Assembly (NCBI RefSeq): GCF_001194135.2
Contig: NC_068990.1
Span: 58,366,664-58,427,721, forward strand
DNA length: 61,058 nt
Source: Octopus bimaculoides
Taxonomy: Eukaryota
Direction of reading: 5' to 3'
Of this stretch, positions 50,688 through 61,058 are shown piece by piece (position 1 is the first letter of the stretch; every line of letters begins with the position of its first letter). The position numbers and the translations under genes were made by a program. Below the pieces are notes generated by a model. The model made no database searches and was not told the DNA's origin. It saw only the letters and a list, made by a program, of their open reading frames with translations.

Positions 50688-51025
50688 GGAGGCGCAATGG
50701 CCCGGTGGTTAGGGCAGCAGACTCACGGTCGTAGGATCGCAGTTTCGATTCCCAGACCGGGCATCGTGAGTGTTTATTGAGCGCAAACACCTAAAGTTCC
50801 ACGAGGCTCCGGGAGAGGATGGTGGCGAACCCTGCTGTATCACGCTGAATCTCCCTGAGAACTACGTTAAGGGTACACATGTTTGTGGAGTGCTAAGCCA
50901 CTTGCACGTTAATTTCATGAGCAGGCTGTTCNNNNNNNNNNCCACTTGCACGTTAATTTCATGAGCAGGCTGTTCCGTTGATCGGATCAACTGGAACCCT
51001 CGTCGTCGTAACCGACGGAGTGCCA
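50688..51025 (+). mobile_element. SINE family C, internally deleted, spanning a 10-N gap
   Basis: High identity to 3708-4088, lacking the pyrimidine-rich middle between CCCTGCTGTA and TCACGCTG. Confidence 0.9.
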
Positions 51026-52449
51026 ACCACCACTAGGCATTGTGCTGAGACAAAAAGTAATCATTATTAGAAGCATATATAATTAGTTATCTAACCACAT
51101 TAGGTACCGAAAATAACGGCAGCCATAAGATGAGTCATTAACAAGACTTCTAACTGTTTGTATGCCTGTAAAAGAGGATTATCATTGACAATAGTTTTCC
51201 CAGAATTGGCTCCAAATCCCAAACATTATTTTAAAGAAAAATAATCCAATATATTAATAATAAGGGTAAGTATGTTGAAAAAAAATATTCCAGTCTTTTA
51301 CTGATTCCAGTGCTTTACTGATGAGTTTTCTGAAGTTGAAACGTAGGTCAAGATACTGAATGTTTTGATTGATAACAGGTCACTTTCGCAAGAACTAAAG
51401 TTCATATGTTTTGGTATAGAAGCGAAACATCCCATTTTCTTTTAATTTTCTTACTGGTGGCTAGAACAATTCTTTGAAATATATTCGTTACATTCACACA
51501 AATTGAAGCACGTGTTTATACGATCCACTCACACACGTAGATAACACGTACATAGGCATACTCATAGAAGCACAACTAAGTATAAGCATATAAATGCTAT
51601 TTCTCTTGGCAAATTGACGCGCTCGTTCTTTCAACCCGCTGTTTCACTTACTTTTTCTTTATGTCACGGTGCCTTTTTAAAATCATTCTGTGACTCCTTA
51701 TGTCATGGGCAGCCTCTCTTCCTCTCAGTTTGCTGCATTATCTCTATTTGCTTCTTCAAATACTTGCCAATATACTAACTAATATACCATCCATATCAAA
51801 AATTAATAGTTCCACAAAACGTGTTTATATCCATTTGTTTATATATTTGTTTATTCATATCAACACTACCTTTTCGCTTTGAAGTCTAATTTTCAGCATC
51901 AACTCATCTTTCAATATTGATTTTTCTCTCTCCCTCTCGCCCCCTCTCTCTCTCTCTCCCTCNNNNNNNNNNTCTCTCTCTCCCTCTCGCCCCCTCTCTC
52001 TCTCTCTCCCTCTCGCCCCCTCTCTCTCCTTCTCCTTGTCACTCTATTTTGCTATCTATTTATCTACTTCTTGTACCTTTTCTAAACCATAACTCGTCTT
52101 CTGCACGGACGAAGGTTCAATGTGGATGAGGTTGAAAACGGGTTCAGGGAGTTTTTTTGCTTCTAAAAGAACCAGATGCTATAAGCGTAGAATTGAGCTT
52201 CTATCACAACGGTGGCAATAAACAATAGAAATATGATGAGCTATATTTTGATGAATGAACGCTTTTCGTATGTAATTTTTTTTTAACTATTAACTGAAGC
52301 TTTAAGTATAAAACAACTTTTGACTCAGGCTGTTATATAATTAACGATCAACATTACACACAAAAACATTTGTATTTGTCTGTTTTTTTTTTCCTTAGAC
52401 GATCTTTATATCTATATTACTAATATATAGTCTATAGTCATGTACATCT

Positions 52450-52769
52450 GAAGGCGCGTGGCTTACTGGTTATAAGTACTCAGCTCACGATCGTAAGGTG
52501 ATGAGTTGCATTACAGGTAGCGCGCTGTGTTCTTAAGTCAGACTCTTTACTTCACATTAATCCAGTTCATTCAGCGGGCAAAAATGAGTTGTACCTGTAA
52601 CTTAAAGGGCCAATCTTATCACATTCTGTGTCACCCTGAATCTCCCTGAGATCTACGTTAAAGGTACGCGTGTCTGTGGAGTCCTCAGGCACTCTCACAT
52701 TAATTTCACGAGCAGGCTGTTCTGTTGATCGGATCACTGAAATCCTCGTCGTCATAACAGACAGTGCCA
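52450..52769 (+). mobile_element. Hybrid SINE (B head/core, C tail)
   Basis: GAAGGCGCGTGGCTTA head, CCAGTTCATTCAGC..GCAAAAATGAGT core, CTACGTTAAAGGTACGCGTGTCTGTGGAG...GTTGATCGGATCA tail. Confidence 0.85.
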
Positions 52770-52894
52770 ATAAGTCATATACATGTATTATATCTGTGTG
52801 TCTATAATATGCATTTACTGTTTAGCGCAAAGTCTCCCTCCTCTCTGTCTGTTCCCATCTTAATCTCTCTCCTCTCTCTCTCTCTCTCTCTCTT

Positions 52895-52937
<43 letters not shown>

Positions 52938-52996
52938 NNNNNNNNNNNNNNNNNNNNNNNNNNNNNNNNNNNNNNNNNNNNNNNNNNNNNNNNNNN

Positions 52997-53027
<31 letters not shown>

Positions 53028-53637
53028 AAGAGAGGGAATAAGGTGTGGACAGAGAGGAGGGAGACTTTGGGTTAAATAAACGCAACAACTTAATTAGTTT
53101 GGGTGGTAGATTTAATCCATTGCTTAATCCGTTCAAAACCACTAATTTCTTCCCTTCGCAGCATCAGTAACTGCGTTTGAAATGCACAACCTGTTTCATT
53201 GCATATATCTTATGATTAAATTATGAAAACTTCAAACAGAGAAAATGTTGCACAATGCTTATGCGGCGCAGTTAATAGATAGTATTTGGAGATAATGTTG
53301 CATAAATAAACTCCTTTGTGACAGGTGTAATTTCTAATTAGTGTAACGGTACTATAAAATTTTCGATACATAAACTGTTGCCCCACTGATGGATGCTGCA
53401 AGTAATAAAATCTTTGCACTGGAATTTAAGGGGTTTTTTTTTAATGCCAAGTCAAATCTGTTCGAATAGACATATGATTTAAAGCATTCCATCCACATTC
53501 TACGTTGCACAGTATGTCCTGTATTCAAAAATATAGGACATACTGGGCAACGTGAGTTGTAGATTTTCCCACTATTTCTAGTAAGGGGAATGGCCACACG
53601 GAGATTGCCTAGCAGAATCCGTGAATTTAAGTATATA

Positions 53638-54569
53638 CAGTAATACCTCATTTTACGAGGACCCGCTTTACGAGCCACCGAATTTATGAGTTTTATTTTA
53701 TAATAAATATAAAGATCCAAATTTTGAAAGAAGTGCACATCTTTCTACTATCATAACAAATGCTTCTGCGTGTTACCGAGAAATTTATAAAGAGCGAAAA
53801 AAAGCTTCTTCTAAGCAAACAACTCTAGACTAGGTCTTTAAAAAGAAATCTACAAGTCCGTCAACGACTGTTTGTGAATCGGTGATCGAGTCGACAAGTA
53901 ATGGTGTGCGCGGGTCTAGTGCATGTGAAAGTGATTCAGAAAACAAATATAATAATGATATTTTTTTATTATAAATGATCGTTACATTCATTTTTACTTT
54001 ACATAAAATACTCTTTACATTCTATTGTTGTTTGATACTTTTGGTTATCTCATCTCATTAAAAAAATTGGGTTATCTCCCCCGTTTTATGAAAAATACCG
54101 GTACTTTTGGTAATTGTTTAACCCTCAATAAAACAAAAAGAAAATGAAAAAATTAATAAACAGGAAAATTGAAAAGATTAAACATTGAATCCAATAGCAT
54201 TTTTATACTAAATCATACCATATCTATTGAGAAGGCCAAAAGTCAGCAATGTGCTGAAGTATTGAATCAAAAGGATCTAAACTCTTTTAATCCAATCTCT
54301 TGTCACCTCATAAACCCATTTTTTAGTGAGGAGATAACCCAATTTTTAATGGTAATTTTTTAATGGGGATGAGATAACCAAAAAGTACCTGTTGTTTTAT
54401 TGACATTTATTAACAAGGTTTATAAAATTTTTTAGGTAAAATATTTTTTCTGGGAACGAATTACGATTTATAACATTGCTACTATGGAAAATTATTGTTC
54501 TGCTTTACGAGTGTTCGCTTTGCGAGGGGTCTCCGGGGACAAATTAACTGGTATATCAAGTCATTACTG
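53638..54569. mobile_element. Tigger/pogo-like non-autonomous element
   Basis: Ends TA-CAGTAATACCTC... and ...GTCATTACTG-TA (CAGTAAT inverted termini), with subterminal TTTACGAG repeats at both ends. Confidence 0.7.
54036..54387. mobile_element. MITE-like insert with ~45-bp terminal inverted repeats, nested in the Tigger-like element
   Basis: TACTTTTGGTTATCTCATC..CATTAAAAAA..ATTGGGTTATCTCC at the left end and its reverse complement at ~54322-54387. Confidence 0.75.
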
Positions 54570-55489
54570 TATTTGTTACGATAATATTGTGTTTCCTAAT
54601 AAATACAACAGGTGATAGTTTCTCACAATCGATGTACAATGCAAGTGATAAAGAGTCACAGCTGCTCTGTGAGTGAATGTCTTCACTGAAGAGAACTTAC
54701 TTAAATTCTTTTAACACTCATAGTATCAATCTCACTACAACTGTACTGTGTAATGTAGTTTTATGCACTCACCGTTAATTACCCCAGCCACAAACTAGTC
54801 GAAAGATAGAGAAAAGACCCTCTATACAATTCGATTTTTCTTTTCTTTTTTTTTTTACCGTTTAGTAGGGAAGTGGGAGGGTCACGATTCTTTACTTGTT
54901 TTCAGAACATTAGCGGCTGATAAGAAAAAGAGAGGAAGTTATATGCCAGACAAGCGTTCGAACTCAAATGCTTACAACAGAGTGAAGTGTGTTAAAGTCA
55001 TCCAAGAACCAGTCATGGTGTTAAGCTGGATTACAGATTAAGTTAACCATGCAAGAACTCAGAAGATAAAGAACTGGAATAAATGCTGATAGGATCGATG
55101 TCCGATGCTCAAGTAATTTTAACAATACATTGCTCTGAATGGTATTTTATGTTAACGAACTTAAAGGATGAAAGGCAAAGCTGATCCCCATCATCAGGAT
55201 TTGAACACAGAACGCAAGGACCAAAAGAAAAAAAATTCTCAAAGCATATTGTCCCATACTCTAACAACTCTGTTAGATTACCGCCAGGTTTGGTCATTTC
55301 GAGTCCCATGATTGAATAATCAAACAGGAGAATCCAGTAAAATTAAAATAAGGAAAAATGGTGTTGATGTACTTTGATGTATTGCAAGACAGTTTGAGTT
55401 TAGATTTTTCTAGAATATTCCTGTGGTTGGATTCGAACCCAAACATGCATAATAACAAATCATTTGTCAATTACGCAGTGGTTCCTAGA

Positions 55490-55705
55490 ACAGCGAACTG
55501 GCAGAGTCGCTAGCACGCCGGGCAAAATGCATAGTGGTATTTCGTCTCTCTTTACGTTCTGTTCTGAGTTCAAGTTCCGCTGTGGTTGACTTTACCGTTC
55601 ATCCCTCGTGATCAGTAAAATAAGTACCAAGCGATCAACAGAGTCAATGTAACCGACTTACCCACTACCACGAAATTGGTGACCTTGTGCCAAAATTTGT
55701 AACCA
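55490..55705 (+). mobile_element. SINE family A (A1 tail)
   Basis: GCGAACTGGCAGAGTCG head, GAGTTCAAGTTCC B-box, CCTTGTGCCAAAATTTGTAACCA tail. Confidence 0.9.
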
Positions 55706-56117
55706 ATGACACTATGGTCCCGTTACCGTTACAAATAAACTGTTCCTCTATTGAACATATTTACATCTAGATCCAATTTCCGCGTTTTCCCGGGGCTAAA
55801 AGATTCAATATAATGTCAGATATATGACCCGAACCGTTGACATTGTACTGCCTCTACCAACTTCCACTCATAATGAAAACTTACGAATTCTCATGTTTAA
55901 ATTTACTCTTGTTATGATTCTTGCTATTAATTTTTATATCCTGAGTAGTTCTTTTTGGTTAATCTCGAATAAAGCAGATCTATAATCGAAAGCTTTCCAA
56001 CCATGACAATCCAGTCTTTTTTAGAAAATGGTACGCTTAACTTTGGGAGGAAATTTGGCTGCTGTTTCTAGCAAGTCGAGTGATCACATAAGAGTTTCCT
56101 TGTAGTAGAAACATTTT

Positions 56118-56161
<44 letters not shown>

Positions 56162-57635
56162 GCGAGAAGAAAGGGGGGGAGAGATAGGATAGTGAGAGTT
56201 AACACACATTATAGAGAGGGATATAACACGATAAAAAGAAAGAGGCAAAGATGAAGAAACGTGAAAGTGAAGAATAATAAATGAGAAGGAGGGAAAGAAA
56301 TATATTCATTAAAGCCATCTTGTTGCTGCTAATTTATATTGGCTCATCTATAATTGTCTGAACAGTAATGTATGGATGGTATGTGGTGTTGGTTTATTCA
56401 CAAGATGTGCATTAAGAATTAACTTGAAATGTTGAAATGATAAAGAAACTTGATGCAAGCATCACAACAAGAAAATTATTGAAAGTAATTTAATTTTGCT
56501 GTTGCCTTGTATCTATTAGTACTTGTTAAACCATTGCTCATTTAGTTACTGATAGAATATTATGTGGTTCAACTAAGCTAGAAATTAGCTCATAAAACTG
56601 ACTTACAAGCCTTGCCTTCTTGAATTAAATCATTATAAAATTAGCAAACGATCATTTCAGAGGAATGCATATTTAAAAGAATTGTGGCGGCGTCAGAGTG
56701 CCACACCCCAGCTTTCTTGGCTACACCAACAGCGTTAGAAGCTAGCAGCTATTCTCGGTTGACTGATTCGGAAATGTTTCCAGCATACGCTTCACAGTAC
56801 TACTAGTCGAGAATTAAAAATTCCGCAGGAAGCGCCATCCCACACACTCTCTAATCTGTTTATTTCTCTGTATATCTTTCTCTTTGTCTCTCACATCTCT
56901 CTTTTACATTTTCATCAGTAATTTCTCTCTGTTGGAATAAGATAAGTGGAACTGACTGGGAAACATTATCTGAGAAGTAAATTCAGCAAATGAATCGTGT
57001 GTTTCTTGTCAACAAACACGCCGTAAAACTTCATGCTATGTAATCTTATGACAGTGAATTCACTGACTTAAGAAATGTGCTCAATACATATGGATGTGCC
57101 AGAGTTATTCTTCCATCACTCTTCTTTCCATGTACGATACCTTTGAATTTAGCGTTGTCATCTGATTTATGGTTCCTGCAGATTCAAACCGATAGCCCGT
57201 TTCAAAACCAACCGGCAACTATATACAGATTCAACAAAATATTTCACAGACCGAAGAATTACAAGTATAATAGAAAATTTATAATTCGATTAGAGTGAAA
57301 TTTATTTGGACATAGCTTGTTTCCGGTATTAGGCTGTTAGTTTCGTGCTCGAACTTCTTGTGAGTTCAATGGTTTAATTGTCTGTTAACAGATAAAGGAA
57401 AGTAACTGAGGAATACTAACAGATCCTCTTTAAATGAAATGTTTTCGTTTTTAACTGAAGCACTCGCTTGGGGATAGCAGAAAGGAAGTGGTCTGGTAGG
57501 GGTTATGTGTTAGAAACAGACGTGCGATCGATGTAAACGAGAGATGATTACAAGTACAGAAGTTTGTAGCTTGTTCGAAGGCATTAAAGTATAGTAAAAC
57601 GTAATAAGAGCATCGTATGTAGTCACTGTGTGCGA

Positions 57636-57679
<44 letters not shown>

Positions 57680-59519
57680 GCGCGCGTGCAGAGTTTTAAA
57701 ACAACTAGAGCTGAGAGTACAGTAATTACTATTTTTATATAAGAATAAATGATTTAGGTGGAGAAAGTCAGTGTTTAAATAGTAAACACTGACATATTGA
57801 TATTACATATAAGATTGCTATTACATACGATATTAAAGCACTTTTGCGGGAGAATAATAGGTGGCTAACAAAACGGAGTATGTATAAATTAACCATTATG
57901 GAGAAATTAATGGTACTGTTATTTGTTTTAATAAATAAGTTTTTAAAACTAAAAATGAATTATTATAGCTATGTGTAATATAGACATTGACATATTAGTT
58001 TAGTGTCAGACAGTCAGAAACTACACAAAGTTCAACAGACACAAACAGAACTGATTCCTGCTTTTTAAATTATTTCTATTAATTATTAATAGTGTCACTC
58101 ACATATAAAAATATGTGTGTTTCTTCTCATTCCAATCCTACAACGGATCAGGTGATTTTAATTTTGACTACTTTTAGTCATCTATAACTATTAGTATTAT
58201 TTTCTCTCTCGATTCTAGACTCTTATTATGTAGTTTTCTGTTTTAAGAAGGGGGAAATATACTTAATAATTTTTTATGGTAAACACTTTGATAATTATTT
58301 CAATATCGGCGCACAAACAAGATCTCGAACACTTATGTTTCTATTCCAATTTGTATTCTATAGTATTCTATTTACAGTATTTCTCATGGAATACTGTAAG
58401 ACTCCACTCGTTTTTATCACAAAAATCAAGATTAATAATATAATACATATTAAGCTACAATGCCCCCCCACCCCGTTAACTTTTATTAAGAAAAATACAA
58501 TAATATGAGTTATTATATTTTAGATTTCTTTATTTTTATATCATTATTGGTTCCTACCATAAAAACAAGAACTCAAATCTTGGAGGAAAAAAACAGTCGA
58601 TTCCCAATACTTAACTGCTACTTTATCTTATCGACCCCGATGAGAGGCTGAGGTGAAGAAAAGATTTGATGATCCGATGTAGGAGCAATGCACCATGAAA
58701 ACAAAGACATAATGAAAATGTATGCAGTTTTCTAACAATTCACCCGATGTTTTAAAAATTAGTGATGGACCGGAGACGAGAGACATTGGTGATAATCTCG
58801 ACGGCCTATTGCAGCACTCAGCAATAAAGTTGGAGCTAGTTTTTTTTTTTTTTTTGTAATAGCTTATAAGATACAATTGGCAGTGTATGGAGTTGCGATG
58901 GACAAATCACTTTATGTGGATGAACAGTTTTACGAGCTTTATGCATACACATCAGACTTTTACGCCATTCTTTAGCAGGCGTCTATCGCAAGTAGAAGCA
59001 GACTTAGAAGAATCCTAAATGTATTAGCAAAATATGGGGCCGCTTCTAAAAAGCAACACGAATTGGGAGGATAGTGCGGACAATTTTTGACCCGTGATTC
59101 GCAGAGTTCAATATATTGGAGAAAATGTTTACGTAGGCCTGGAACTTACCATTGGTGGCATGGTCTGGAAAGTGGAGATCTATGCGCTTTTTGGAAGATC
59201 CACCAACAACTTATACCACCAGCGATAAATTTTGAAGAAGGATGGTAATATATTTTACTTTCGTGTGGCACTGTTCCGATTCAATCTATATAAAATGATT
59301 TTGAGACAGTCAGACATCGTCACCTGGAGTTGATCTCCAGTGGATTCGGTTTCGGTCTTGTTTTGAAAGGTTAGAACGCTTCATTTTACAACAGCTAATG
59401 CATGAGGGCCAGAGTGAATAGTCACATAGTGTAAACTTTTAGCATCAAATTGGTCAGTCGAGGGTAACCTCTCTCATCGGTCTTGTAAGTTTTGTCTCTT
59501 GAGCTATTACAGCTAAAGC

Positions 59520-59520
59520 T

Positions 59521-59573
<53 letters not shown>
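59520..59573. repeat. (TAG)n trinucleotide repeat
   Basis: Direct reading. Confidence 0.97.
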
Positions 59574-60297
59574 CGTTTCATTTCTTTACATAGAGTAACG
59601 TGCTCTACTTGATATCTATATATCTATATATATATATATATANNNNNNNNNNNNNNNNNNNNNNNNNNNNNNNNNNNNNNNNNNNNNNNNNNNNNNNNNN
59701 NNNNNNNNNNNNNNNNNNNNNNNNNNNNNNNNNNNNNNNNNNNNNNNNNNNNNNNNNNNNNNNNNNNNNNNNNNNNNNNNNNNNNNNNNNNNNNNNNNNN
59801 NNNNNNNNNNNNNNNNNNNNNNNNNNNNNNNNNNNNNNNNNNNNNNNNNNNNNNNNNNNNNNNNNNNNNNNNNNNNNNNNNNNNNNNNNNNNNNNNNNNN
59901 NNNNNNNNNNNNNNNNNNNNNNNNNNNNNNNNNNNNNNNNNNNNNNNNNNNNNNNNNNNNNNNNNNNNNNNNNNNNNNNNNNNNNNNNNNNNNNNNNNNN
60001 NNNNNNNNNNNNNNNNNNNNNNNNNNNNNNNNNNNNNNNNNNNNNNNNNNNNNNNNNNNNNNNNNNNNNNNNNNNNNNNNNNNNNNNNNNNNNNNNNNNN
60101 NNNNNNNNNNNNNNNNNNNNNNNNNNNNNNNNNNNNNNNNNNNNNNNNNNNNNNNNNNNNNNNNNNNNNNNNNNNNNNNNNNNNNNNNNNNNNNNNNNNN
60201 NNNNNNNNNNNNNNNNNNNNNNNNNNNNNNNNNNNNNNNNNNNNNNNNNNNNNNNNNNNNNNTATATATATATATGACCAGCTTGCTGTTCTGTTCC

Positions 60298-60351
<54 letters not shown>

Positions 60352-60378
60352 TACTACTACTACTACTACTACTGCTAT

Positions 60379-60440
<62 letters not shown>
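60298..60440. repeat. (TAT)n then (TAC)n trinucleotide block
   Basis: Direct reading. Confidence 0.97.
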
Positions 60441-60714
60441 TCATTTTGAAATATATATATATATATATATATAAAGCATTGCTCTAGCATGGTTCTAATG
60501 CTAAGGCAATGCTATTGCCCTAGTCACTGGAAGATTCTTTTAGTCCAGTGACTAAAGGATTTAAACAATATTATTATTATGGTGCGGTGCATATCATGTG
60601 TATTTTTCATAGTAGTAGTATTTTCTGTAGATGTATCGCGTCATGCTTATATTTTTCCTTTTCATACTATTTCATAATTCACAGATTACCTCTTATTTAT
60701 TACAGAAAATGTTT

Positions 60715-61030
60715 CTATTTTAAATACCATGATTCTCTGAACGTCACTATTTCCAGGTCAATATATTTAGATAGTTTCGCTATTTCTTTTGGAGATAAAT
60801 TGTCATCCGCTGGAATTTATATATCGATAACGAGACATTTCTCTTCATGATGTTCTTTGACAGTATTATCTGGACGATTTACCTTAATCTGCCTGTCTGT
60901 GTGAATCGGCATGTCTGAGAGTATGATCGCTTTATCATACTTTGAAACCGTCTGCTGTGTTGTGTGCTTATATCACTTCTTTCTGTAGTTATTCCACAAC
61001 ACTGGCACAGTTTATAGTGTACGAAAAGTC
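60715..61030 (-). pseudogene. RLE-type non-LTR retrotransposon (R4/Dong-like) C-terminal fragment
   Basis: VHYKLCQCCGITTER, then (frameshift) IILSDMPIHTDRQIKVNRPDNTVKEHHEEKCLVIDI*IPADDNLSPKEIAKLSKYIDLEI. This shows the RPD..., ID and K..KY.DL motifs of the PD-(D/E)XK restriction-like endonuclease. Confidence 0.85.
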
Positions 61031-61058
61031 CATCAGCCAAATATATATATATATATAT

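Noticed and set aside
50897-50975. 34-bp direct duplication across a 10-N gap
   Set aside because: Typical unmerged contig overlap; assembly artefact.
51318-51346. CTGATGA...GAAACGTA perfect hammerhead core strings
   Set aside because: Stem II barely pairs and stem I does not pair at all; cannot be supported from this copy alone.
51925-52025. CT-rich tandem unit repeated across a 10-N gap
   Set aside because: Low complexity and probably a scaffold overlap; copy number unreliable.
3038-55705. SINE heads as functional tRNA genes
   Set aside because: A/B-box similarity only; no closed cloverleaf, and each continues into a repeat body.
58880-59250. Possible piggyBac-like SLYVDEQ motif and GIY-YIG-like YIGE in unassigned sequence
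   Set aside because: Residues after each motif do not follow the family pattern, and all frames contain stops.
1014-60490. Long ORFs in the supplied track (YIYI, HTHT, CVCV, poly-X, poly-I/S/Y)
   Set aside because: Translations of microsatellites and N gaps; no coding signal.

Overview
This is eukaryotic, AT-rich, repeat-dominated DNA from a draft scaffold, with about 4.4 kb of Ns in 12 larger gaps plus four ~10-N placeholders, most gaps flanked by (TA)n or (CA)n. The SINE families and microsatellite load match my recollection of octopus (coleoid cephalopod) genomes; that is inference from memory, not a database hit. I recognise no host protein-coding exon, so the window looks intergenic or intronic. 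Almost all ORF-track entries are microsatellite, N-run or chance ORFs. What I can support: (i) about 35 copies of 4-5 tRNA-headed SINE-like families with swapped head/core/tail modules; (ii) decayed DNA transposons (mariner, two maT-like Tc1/mariner elements, a mariner MITE, a Tigger/pogo-like element with a nested MITE, a Chapaev-like fragment); (iii) a Helentron-type composite carrying a C-terminal AP-endonuclease fragment; (iv) retroelement relics (three Penelope-like fragments, an R4/Dong-type RLE domain, a possible L2/CR1 endonuclease); (v) many microsatellites. The most interesting observations are degenerate type I hammerhead-ribozyme motifs near Penelope-like or fold-back DNA, a tRNA-Glu/SINE chimera with a 26-bp junction repeat, the Helentron composite, two long palindromes, a 52-nt near-perfect hairpin and an E-box/CRE/ETS motif cluster. 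I cannot support an intact novel multi-gene system. SINE family letters A-E are my own labels.
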